Source: Synechococcus sp.
GTDB taxonomy: Bacteria; Cyanobacteriota; Cyanobacteriia; Thermostichales; PCC-7336
Direction of reading: 5' to 3'
NCBI GenBank assembly: GCA_051439605.1
Contig: JBFRWN010000013.1
Location: 1 to 64,000, forward strand
Length of the DNA stretch: 64,000 bases
In this document: piece after piece, positions 30,010 through 39,151 of the stretch
How the letters are laid out: every line of letters begins with the position of its first letter
Numbering within the stretch: position 1 is the stretch's first letter
Notes under the pieces: model-generated
What the model was told of the DNA's origin: nothing
Databases searched by the model: none
Seen by the model: the letters and a program-made list of their open reading frames with translations, nothing else
Translations under genes and position numbers: made by a program

Positions 30010-30234
30010 CTACTCTTCAGAAGAAGAATTTAAACTAAGTATCTCTAGAACTTCTGTCAAATCAGTTACCTCGTATTCCATAGAATCCTCGTGCGCTCCG
30101 GATACAACAATTCTGATATTGGTGGGACTACCATCTGTAGATCTACAATCATTCAACATTGCATAAAGCTCAGTTAACACCTCTGCTGTTATTGCCCTTC
30201 CCTTCGGACTGATTTCGCTGCGTCTACGTCCCAT
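30010..30234 (-). CDS. 74-aa small protein upstream of YcaO (candidate substrate or precursor)
   Basis: ATG-started ORF ending 25 bp before YcaO; Ser/Thr/Glu-rich. Confidence 0.5.
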   Translation of the reverse strand: MGRRRSEISPKGRAITAEVLTELYAMLNDCRSTDGSPTNIRIVVSGAHEDSMEYEVTDLTEVLEILSLNSSSEE

Positions 30235-30321
30235 CTTTTTACTCTTTTAGAAACAAAATCACTTAGGTAATATTGTACCACAATAGCTCTAATATCCAAA
30301 AGTTGACGCTGAGAAAACAGG

Positions 30322-31175
30322 GTCGGGTACTGGAGGCGGATTTAGATATAGCTTCCTCCCTCCCCTCAGAACCGTACGCACAACTTTAAATGTATACGGC
30401 TCAAGCAATCTCTATTGCTTATCAATATACTATTGCTTATCAATATACTTGTGAATGGCAGACCAAACGAATAGCTACCATATTGAGGTTATGGTTTGAC
30501 CCTCCATGACATCGCAGAATTTTATGATGAATGTGGATGTACTCTTCATCAAAAAGAGATTGGCCTCAATCCGGACATTAGACCTGCTGTTTACGTATAA
30601 TCAGTTGAGAGGCTTTGCGATAGAGATCTACCTGACTGAACTATCGATTTAGCTATTCAAAATAATCCTTGAAAGAAGGTTTATCAGAGATGGCATCCAC
30701 TTGGATGAGGACATGCCGTTGAATGCAATTATAGCCAATGCGATAGAATACCATAACAGTGTCTTTATCCACAAAAATCAACTGACTATCGGGATATGAC
30801 GAATGTTTGGCCTGATAGCGATGGTCAAGCCAGAAGAAGGATCTGGTGGAATGGGTCTTGCCAATCCACTGTCTGAGTTTCCAGAAGATGTCATATTCCA
30901 ACTTATGAAAAGTTTCTGAACTGACGATACCCCGATAGTAATTGACCCAGCCTCGAATAATGAGACTAAGCACTTCTTTTATATTAGACAGCGGGAACTT
31001 CTGCTATTCAAGCGCTTGAGACTTTGTATGAGTTTTGCTCGATACGCGTAAACACTTTTCTTAGAAGGCTTAATCAGCAATTTCCATCCTATAAAGGTGA
31101 TGCGACTCCACTTGTGGCGAATATTGAATCCCAGAAAGTCGAATACTTCCGATCAATGAACTGCCCACATCTTTA
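30322..31175 (-). pseudogene. 3' remnant of a group II intron (decayed RT/maturase plus domains V/VI)
   Basis: Minus strand gives GAGCCGTATACATTTAAAGTTGTGCGTACGGTTCTGAGGGG (domain V) ending ..TACCCGAC; peptide fragments FDFLGFNIRH..KLLIKPSKKS and IIRGWVNYYRGIVSSETFHKL. Confidence 0.85.
30412..30447. repeat. 18-bp tandem duplication CTATTGCTTATCAATATA x2
   Basis: Read directly in the sequence, inside the intron remnant. Confidence 0.8.
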
Positions 31176-31179
31176 TTAT

Positions 31180-32416
31180 TATATCCCTCTTCTGTCAGAT
31201 TGGTGCTAGGAATGGGATTTGATCGATAATCTTCATCAGTTTTATCAAACAGATGCTGAGTTGTTTAAGAGATAATAAACCTATCCAACCGATCAACGAG
31301 CAAAACTGTAAATAGGGTTTTAATAGTAGTCTGATATTATTAAGAATGTCAGGCCATCGATGTCCGTCATTCCATTGAGGATGCTGATGCCAGGGAAAAG
31401 ATTTATTATCTGCTTGATTGACTGATAATTTTCTCGCTACAGAATTATTGTTCAACGAAAAGTCTAAGGTTTCCCACCTGCTTCTGTAAATCACCAGACA
31501 AATTACTCATTACAACCAAGTCGTTTCAGACGGTATCTCTTCACAATCTGTAGTGATTTCGTAATAGCGCACATCTCGTCGCCGACCATAAAGATTTCTC
31601 TGATATATCGCTTTTGGCAATCTCCATTACTGAAAACTCGTGAAAACTCTTTCCAGCAGTTGCTTCTGACACGTTGCCCAGGTGCAAGCCATACTCCATG
31701 ATTAGAGCGAATAGCTACTATGAAGTTAACATTATTTTCTCTCAGAGTAGTAATGAAACCACTGCTATCTCCGTATAAGCTATCTACTAAAACGAGATCG
31801 AAGTTAAAACCCCACTCCTTTAATTTGTTAAGAATTTCTACTGCTATTTCTGGCTTAGTCCGATACTGATCGTTCTCTTTTAATCGAGATCTGAGCTTAA
31901 AGATTTTAAATGTTATTGGGAAAACTGTTGTTCCAAAAATTCCATATGCATTAACGGTTACAATCTCATTTTCGGCCTTTCCTAGATTGCCAATATACTG
32001 GCGGGCAACATAATCGGTAGATTTTCCTTTCTTCCGATCTCCAGTCTCATCAATACAGAGTATGAAGCTCTTACCTTGAAGAGCTTTCTTGAGTAACTCC
32101 AAACGGTGATTCTGTAAAGATTTTAAATCCCATGGTGATTCAGTTAAAAAGTGATGCAATCCTTGAGCGTTTCGTAAGCCAACCGCCTGAGAAATAGCAG
32201 GGAGGGTCTTACGTTTGAGCTCTGAGACCAGACCTATATGTAAATATTTAAAATGTTCAAAGCTTCTGACATCTGGAAACACTTCACGGTAAAGATCGCA
32301 ATATTGGTCAATGCAGCCTACTGTCTAGGCTGCAGCTCTTGCTACACCCATTTTGCCTTCCTCTCTGTATGATCATTTTTCCTTAATTATGACTGACTTG
32401 ACAGAAGAGGGATATA
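31180..32416 (-). mobile_element. IS701-family insertion sequence with inactivated transposase
   Basis: 18-bp inverted repeats TATATCCCTCTTCTGTCA at 31180-31197 and 32399-32416; transposase IDETGDRKKGKSTDYVARQYIG, VDSLYG; ATG 32351 hits TAG at codon 9; frameshift near 31590. Confidence 0.85.
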
Positions 32417-32550
32417 GTAATCATTCTTGATTTCAGAGAAGCTTATAGCCTAGAAGCCCTATCCAGTAATCATTTGAGAGGTTTTGTTTCTCTAGCATCA
32501 GTTCCGATTGCTATAGGGCTACCAAGTCACTTAAGTCAAAGAATATTTAA

Positions 32551-33555
32551 TTAGATCCGAGCCAAGTATCTATCCCTAATAGCATTGACACTAATTCCTT
32601 TGAATTGCTCGCCAAACAAATTAGCTTTTGACCAAACTCTATTAGCATTGGCATACTTTATTTCAAGGCTTTTAATAAGTTTTACTGTATCCTTTTTAGA
32701 GTTTTTTCTCTTGAGGTGAGTCCAATATCTCGCAGTATCAACGATGACAGATTTTATGGTTTCTAAATCTATAAATGCATTTATTTTTTCGGATAAACTT
32801 TGGCTTCCAATCTGTTCACCAAATGCCTCCCAATATTTAGTCAGAAATATTTCTTCCTGCCTTTGTATATACCCAATCTTGTAAAGGTGAGAGGCGATAT
32901 CGTACTCTAAGGGGACAAACTTAGCTAATTCCCAGTCAATCAGAATCAATTCCTTTCTCCCGGAAAAAATTGTATTTTTCCGATGAGCATCGCAATGGGC
33001 GAAGACCATGTCTGTATTGACATATTCGCCATGGATGCTATTCGGGATCAAGCTTTCTCGTGGAGGGAATGACAAGTCCCGGAATAGGTCTTCAAACTCA
33101 GCAAAAAAGCGATCGTACAAATCTAAAATGTGTTGCTTGACTGAATCAATAGTTATGGATGGCTGTTTGCTTTTTGCTGACAATTTCACATCCAGTTGGT
33201 GGATAGAAGCCATTTGCCTTGCCATTTTGGCAGGCACCCAATCGGGCAAAGGCTCAGGACGCGTATATGCATCCTCCAAAACGATTCCATCCATAAACTG
33301 ATGAACGGCAAACCCTTTCCCTTCGTAAATAAGACGAGGGGCATTGAAATTCAGTTCTTCAAGACATTTCAAAACTTCGCTTTCATCCAAATGCATCTCG
33401 TCCACAACAACAGCATCTGGATTCGGAACCCTGACTACATATTTCGTTCCGTCGTGTTCAACGATGTAGTTCGTATTGTAATAACCCTGCTTAACGGTGT
33501 GGTCCCAAGAAGCCGGAACCTGCAAAAACTCGTATACCCAATCAAAATTCGACAT
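32551..33555 (-). CDS. Aminoglycoside/choline-kinase-like phosphotransferase
   Basis: GYYNTNY, YVVRVP, HCDAHRKN (catalytic loop), LIDWE. Confidence 0.85.
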   Translation of the reverse strand: MSNFDWVYEFLQVPASWDHTVKQGYYNTNYIVEHDGTKYVVRVPNPDAVVVDEMHLDESEVLKCLEELNFNAPRLIYEGKGFAVHQFMDGIVLEDAYTRPEPLPDWVPAKMARQMASIHQLDVKLSAKSKQPSITIDSVKQHILDLYDRFFAEFEDLFRDLSFPPRESLIPNSIHGEYVNTDMVFAHCDAHRKNTIFSGRKELILIDWELAKFVPLEYDIASHLYKIGYIQRQEEIFLTKYWEAFGEQIGSQSLSEKINAFIDLETIKSVIVDTARYWTHLKRKNSKKDTVKLIKSLEIKYANANRVWSKANLFGEQFKGISVNAIRDRYLARI

Positions 33556-33562
33556 AGGGCAT

Positions 33563-34723
33563 TTACCGAAACTTTTGCTTCGCAACTCTAGCCAGCGGCT
33601 TCCAAAACAGCAGAGTCGTCGCCGAAGCGCACAAAAAAGGCAGCTGACTCAACGCCGGTAACAAAACAGTGGCCGTCACCAGACAAGTCCCGCCCATCTT
33701 AATCGCCACCTCCCTTAATGTAATCCAGCGCCGAAAGTCAGCCGAAGCCTTCGCCCGAGACATAAACCCCGAAAACATCGGCACTTCAAACAATGGACGC
33801 ACCAACCCGGCCCCCGCCGACAGCGAGAAAATCCAAATTGGACTGTAAGTCACCGCCCGCCCCAACCACAGCAGTCCGTAGATCGACAACGCGATCGCCG
33901 CCGGACGCCACCACCGCTTCAAATCCGTCAGCCTGCCAATCGCCAAATTCGAAACCACCACCCCCAACTTGATCGCACTCGCCGCAATTCCCACCTCAAT
34001 CAACCCAAGAGAATTCTGGAAGATATACAACGCCCAAAACACCTCCGCCGTATCCCAAATCCCCGTCAGCCCGTAGGAGTACAAAAACGTCGAGAACGAT
34101 GCCGCTGGCTGCAGTTGCTGCGGTTCTTCCCGAACGGGAACGCTCTCGACCCGTTCTAGCTCTTGGCGATCGCCAAATCCAGGCAAGTACAGCGAGGCGA
34201 TCGAAACCAGATAAATCCCTACCGCAATACTCGCAACCACCCCAATCCCTACGCGAGTCAGCAACACCCCACTCAGCACCGGCGCGATCGTCCCCCCCAC
34301 AATCGCCGCCACCCGAAACCGACTGACCGCCCTGCCAATCTTCGAAGTCGGAGCCTTTACAAACGCAAAATGCAGCGGCACCCAATAAAACGCATTGGCC
34401 GCAGCAGTGGTCAGCGCCAGCCCCGCCATCAACCGCCAATCCTGCCACCCGCTCGTCAGCAACGCCTGCGTCCCCAGCACTGGAATCAACCGCAGCAGCA
34501 AAGCCACAATCGGCCAGCGACAAATGCGCTCGTACAAGCTCAGATTCAGGAGCGATTGCAAGCAGTAATAGCTCAACAAAAAGGCAATACAAGCATTCAA
34601 AGACCCCGTCTGCTGGTAAATCAGCACGGGCACAAACACCTTCAGCAACCCATCGCCCAACGAATTCCAGAAGCGATGCAGGCATAGGTTTTGAATTGCA
34701 ATCTGTCGATCCACAGAACTCAC
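33563..34723 (-). CDS. MFS-type transporter
   Basis: Many hydrophobic helices in two halves, GRLTDLKRW motif; GTG start overlaps upstream TGA. Confidence 0.8.
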   Translation of the reverse strand: MSSVDRQIAIQNLCLHRFWNSLGDGLLKVFVPVLIYQQTGSLNACIAFLLSYYCLQSLLNLSLYERICRWPIVALLLRLIPVLGTQALLTSGWQDWRLMAGLALTTAAANAFYWVPLHFAFVKAPTSKIGRAVSRFRVAAIVGGTIAPVLSGVLLTRVGIGVVASIAVGIYLVSIASLYLPGFGDRQELERVESVPVREEPQQLQPAASFSTFLYSYGLTGIWDTAEVFWALYIFQNSLGLIEVGIAASAIKLGVVVSNLAIGRLTDLKRWWRPAAIALSIYGLLWLGRAVTYSPIWIFSLSAGAGLVRPLFEVPMFSGFMSRAKASADFRRWITLREVAIKMGGTCLVTATVLLPALSQLPFLCASATTLLFWKPLARVAKQKFR

Positions 34724-37700
34724 TCCCCTTCCCCTCGGCTGCGGTCGTGCCGTTCTATCAGTTTTCGCATATTCGGAAAATTCTCCAGGTATGGAATCTG
34801 ACTGATGCGATCGCAACCCGCATAATCCGCTTCCCCCCCCAAAGCCCGAGCTGCCGAGATAGTCAGGTCGTAGGCCCGCAACCGCAACGAGGGATAAATT
34901 CGCTCCGATTTAAAGTACCGACTGGCCGCCAGCGCCGATTCCAGCGCCGTATCGAACAAGCCCAGCTGCAATGCAGCCTCCGAAATCAACATCCGACTGC
35001 GAGCCATCCCCGACCCGTACCCCACCTCGCCCAGCAAGCGTTCAGCCTCTCGCCCCAGCTCCAAAGCCCGCTCCGCACAATCGTTCATCAGACTCAACTT
35101 GGCCTCGATGATGGTACTCTTCCCCAGCTCCAAACTCGCCCCACAGTCGCGGCCTCGCTGGCGAATCTCCCTCAACAGATCGGGAACCACATCTGCGTTC
35201 AGGTAAAGCTCCACCTGAGCCAGACTGTTTAGCGCCTCCACAATCTTCTGCGGTCGCCGCACCTGCCGAAACAACTTCAAACTCCGCTTGAAAGACTGCC
35301 TCGCAGCAGCAAAATCCCCCGTGATGTAATCCACCTGCCCAAACAACCGCAGGATCGTCGCCTGAAATCTCCTGTCTCGCTTCTCCTCCGCGATCGACTG
35401 CAGTTCGGTCAACCGCGATCGCGCCGCCGGAATTTTCCCCACCACGTATTCCAAATCCCCCAACGCACACTGACTCTGCATCCAAGTCTTAAACTCGGAC
35501 TCCTGCGAGAGATGGGCCAGCGCCGATTGATAGCTGCGCATAGCTGGCGCGTGCTTACCGCTTACCCTCAATCCCTCCGCCAGATGGTAGTGGGCCATCC
35601 CCTTCAATTCCGTCGGCAACTGCTTCTCCTTCAACAACTGCCCCGATAGCTCGATCAGGCGATCGGGCTGCGATGCCAGTGAACTCTGCTTCAGTCCCCA
35701 AGCCAACTGAATCGACCGCAGATTGAGATAGCTCCCCGAGCAAAACTCAACCACTCGCTCCGCCACACGATCGACCTTGCATTCCAGCAAGTCAAACCCA
35801 ATCCCCATTAGCGTAGATGTAGCAATCCAATCCTCGTGACTCCCCAAACACCTCAGGAACTGCTCCACCTTTGAAGACAGCGAGTCCCGATCCAAAACCA
35901 AATTCACCACCGTCTCCACCGTCCCCCGCTTAAACAGCTCCGGCCTGCCAACAATCGCCTCTGTCAGCTGCTCCCCAGCTTCAGCCTGAATCAGGTGATA
36001 GGGCATGTACCGCTCTAAGTAGTCGTTCCAAACGTGGCGATCGCTCGGCGAATAATCCTCCCACTCGGCAGCTAGGGTTGCGGCGATCAACTGGTTGCCC
36101 CGTTTCGCAGAAATGTAATAGTCGGACCCCCTCACCTCCTGTCCCGTCAGCCAATCCATCAACGACTTGTGAAAGAAGGTATAGCTGCGCTGCCCATCCG
36201 CTCCCTCCCGCTCGTGCAGGTACGCAGACAGTTCCCGCAACACCGGATACAGTTCGTCCTCTAAATCGAGATGCGTCACTGTGGCCAGTTGTACGTCGGT
36301 CAGCGGTTCCCGAGCCGCCGCGATCGCCTGCAGTACCTTCTTGGCCGTTGCGAAGCGCTGTCGGTCTGGAAATTGCCTCTCGAAGTATTCCAGATAGAGA
36401 CCCGACAATCCGGGGGGCAGCAAATCGAGTCGTTCGAAACTGTATCGCCGGTGCTCGATGCCCTCCAGCACCTGCTGGACGTACAGGATGTTGCCGTTCC
36501 CTTTTTGGCGCAGAGTAGCTTTCACAAACTCAAGGGTCTTTCCGCTCTGTTCCAGCAGGACGGACAATATCGAGCCTTCGATTCGACTCTCGATATACTC
36601 ATCGATATCCCGCAGATTGCGCTCGTCACTAGCCCGAATCTCCGCCATGCCTGAACGACTGAAGCGCAGCATCACATCTGCATCGCAGCGAGTTGTGACC
36701 AACACCCTTAACCAATCGGGAATGCGATTCAACCGAGACGTCAGTATCCCTGCTATCGTCCGATTAACGCTGTCCCTAAACCGAGTCACCGACTCGTCCA
36801 GTCCGTCAATGATGATGTAGCGGATATCCCCTTCACCAGGACACGCGGAAGTCAAGCAATTCAGCAAGCCATTCTCAAACGCCCCCGCCGGATTGGTCTC
36901 GCAATTTTCCTCGCTCAACGCCTCCTCAACCGCCGGATTTGCCAGACATGCAGCATATCCATCCAGTTGCTTGGCGATCGCCCCAGCCAGACTGCGCACA
37001 AATCGTCCCGGCGATAGCGTTTGCTCGTTATCCGCCTGGCAGAAGTGATAGGCCAGAACGCGATCTCCAGCATTTCGATGCACGAACTCAGCCGCCAGAG
37101 CTGTCTTCCCTGATCCGGGATCCCCCGTCAGCAAAAGCACCTGCTCGCCCGATTGAATAAACCGATTTTCGATCTCCTCAAACAGCCACTCCCGCCCGGT
37201 AAAGAACCGCCGCTTTTCCGACAAGAACGCCGAAAAGCTCAACGGCTGTAGGGACTGCTCCCACCAACCACTAGAAGAGGCGCGATCCTCTGCCGTCCTT
37301 TCCCTCAATCTCCGAGGCTTCTGGGAGGTCTGCGGCCACTGCTTTTGAATCTCCTCCAGATTCCTCTGCTTCTCTCGATAGGGATACCAGAGCCTCAACG
37401 TAAAATGCGGAGAATTGTTGGTATGGATGCGATTGTCATCCAACACCTTCAATGTATGTTCCAAATGGAAGAGCGCGTCGTTCACCTGAGTGCGATCGCG
37501 AAACGTCCTCTCCCCCTTCGATCCGCTCTCAACCCTTTCCTCGTATCTCCCCGCCAGCCCAATCAGCGCCGACATGGAGGCATTCACCACCAAACACCGT
37601 TCGTCGGAAGATCGCACATCGACCTTTTTGCCCAAAAAACTCCGCAGCTCCCCAGCCAAATTCTCGTTTGCATACGCCAGCAAAGCACCGACCAGCACTT

Positions 37701-37752
37701 CAACCCGTCGTTTCGGGACATCCCCATAGGTGCGTCTATCCTGGCGTGGCAT
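34720..37752 (-). CDS. NACHT/STAND NTPase with C-terminal TPR repeats
   Basis: FTGREWL, Walker A GDPGSGKT, Walker B IIIDGLDES, LVTTR, FFHKSL; TPR-like helices; ~150-aa N-terminal domain. Confidence 0.85.
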   Translation of the reverse strand: MPRQDRRTYGDVPKRRVEVLVGALLAYANENLAGELRSFLGKKVDVRSSDERCLVVNASMSALIGLAGRYEERVESGSKGERTFRDRTQVNDALFHLEHTLKVLDDNRIHTNNSPHFTLRLWYPYREKQRNLEEIQKQWPQTSQKPRRLRERTAEDRASSSGWWEQSLQPLSFSAFLSEKRRFFTGREWLFEEIENRFIQSGEQVLLLTGDPGSGKTALAAEFVHRNAGDRVLAYHFCQADNEQTLSPGRFVRSLAGAIAKQLDGYAACLANPAVEEALSEENCETNPAGAFENGLLNCLTSACPGEGDIRYIIIDGLDESVTRFRDSVNRTIAGILTSRLNRIPDWLRVLVTTRCDADVMLRFSRSGMAEIRASDERNLRDIDEYIESRIEGSILSVLLEQSGKTLEFVKATLRQKGNGNILYVQQVLEGIEHRRYSFERLDLLPPGLSGLYLEYFERQFPDRQRFATAKKVLQAIAAAREPLTDVQLATVTHLDLEDELYPVLRELSAYLHEREGADGQRSYTFFHKSLMDWLTGQEVRGSDYYISAKRGNQLIAATLAAEWEDYSPSDRHVWNDYLERYMPYHLIQAEAGEQLTEAIVGRPELFKRGTVETVVNLVLDRDSLSSKVEQFLRCLGSHEDWIATSTLMGIGFDLLECKVDRVAERVVEFCSGSYLNLRSIQLAWGLKQSSLASQPDRLIELSGQLLKEKQLPTELKGMAHYHLAEGLRVSGKHAPAMRSYQSALAHLSQESEFKTWMQSQCALGDLEYVVGKIPAARSRLTELQSIAEEKRDRRFQATILRLFGQVDYITGDFAAARQSFKRSLKLFRQVRRPQKIVEALNSLAQVELYLNADVVPDLLREIRQRGRDCGASLELGKSTIIEAKLSLMNDCAERALELGREAERLLGEVGYGSGMARSRMLISEAALQLGLFDTALESALAASRYFKSERIYPSLRLRAYDLTISAARALGGEADYAGCDRISQIPYLENFPNMRKLIERHDRSRGEGE

Positions 37753-38686
37753 GACCGACCTCAGCCTCTCCCCAGATATTCACAATCGAGTCAAAAAAGT
37801 GGTGGGTACCCCCCACTCATTAACTCAACTCAACGACTCCAACCTTTGCCCCGCAAGCCATTCAGCTGCCGCGAACCAGCATTTGACCGGGGGCTCCCCC
37901 CCACGAGTACTGTGCATAGAAATCGCTGTTGATGCCTCAGCTTCGACTGATGCCATCAAACCGTCAATAGGAGCAATACGTAACTACGATGTTTTTTCTG
38001 TACCTAGGACTTCTCTTTCCCCTTCGACCCAGAGGTTTCCTTTTTGTCCACCCACTCCTGAATGAAGTCCACCAACACGGAATTCATACTGATGCTCTCC
38101 AGAGCGCACAGAGATTTAAACCGAGCCCTGAGAGATTCGGGTAGATAGACCTTAATCGAAGTGTTTTTATCTGCAGTCAACAATGCACACGCTGTCTATG
38201 CCTCTTGACCATTGGAGCGCGTTGACCACCATTCGGCAATATCGACAAAGGTACTTATCCCTTTGTCGATATAGAGATATCATTTGACCAGCTTCAAAAC
38301 CCTGTTCGCGCTGGAGCGATCCAGAGGGTTGTCCTACGTTCATTGTTAGAGAGATCCGCAAGCGCTGCGTATTGGAAGGCAACCGACCGGCCTAACTCTC
38401 CGCTCCGATAGCGCAGCCTGCATTTTCTAAAGCTTCAATTGCCCAGACAGCGATTCATTCCTAAGCCTGCACAACAGGCTCTGGCAAATCTGACTGGCAG
38501 AAAAACACACCGGAACGTTTTCCGGCCGCTTTTGCATCCAATTTTTTCCAGCCCCAATTCTTAGAGAGGGTTGCAGATATGAGATCGCAATACTGTAGTA
38601 AGCATCCACCTTCCCCACGTTCCTCCGATCTGGACCGAGGAGTGACGCTAGATGCTCTTCGCTTTTGGTATCTCTCCGCAGAATTC

Positions 38687-39037
38687 ATGGGTCGTGAGCT
38701 GAACTATCTTCTGGAAATCAACTCCATCGTTAGTCACTTTCTCCAAGGCTCCGACCTCAGGCCTGAAGAACGCTCCGACATGAAATCCTTGATTGACGAA
38801 GCCCTAAAGCGATGGCTGCAATGCGCGCGATCGCTAGATCGACCAGAACACCACATTCAAGAAATCCTGCAGCTCAAGCGAGCTAGCGCCAATTCGGATT
38901 TCAGCCGGTTGAACAAGGAGGCATTCATCTCCCTCAAGCGGGATATCTCGGACGAGTTTTCCAAGTACGCGGGCAAGCGACTAAACAGCCGCTCCGCCCA
39001 ACGAAAAGTCTGCAAAAAACGCCATATCAACCTCTAA
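38687..39037 (+). CDS. Hypothetical helical protein upstream of primase
   Basis: ATG at 38687, 116 aa. Confidence 0.5.
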   Translation: MGRELNYLLEINSIVSHFLQGSDLRPEERSDMKSLIDEALKRWLQCARSLDRPEHHIQEILQLKRASANSDFSRLNKEAFISLKRDISDEFSKYAGKRLNSRSAQRKVCKKRHINL

Positions 39038-39151
39038 TCCCCTTCCAATCTCTGACTGAGCCACAGCCCCAGGCGGTTACTGGCTCCAACCTTGCCATCC
39101 AAGCTTTCCAGCTCTTCGAGTCGTTCCACCAGCTTTTGAGGACTCGTCCAA

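Noticed and set aside
30653..31175. Reverse transcriptase fragment as a retron, DGR or defence RT
   Set aside because: Maturase domain and domains V/VI identify a group II intron; no catalytic YADD region is present
37753..38686. Small ORFs and GC palindromes between STAND and primase modules; possible internal att site
   Set aside because: ORFs lack motifs and I found no copy of the tRNA 3' end by eye
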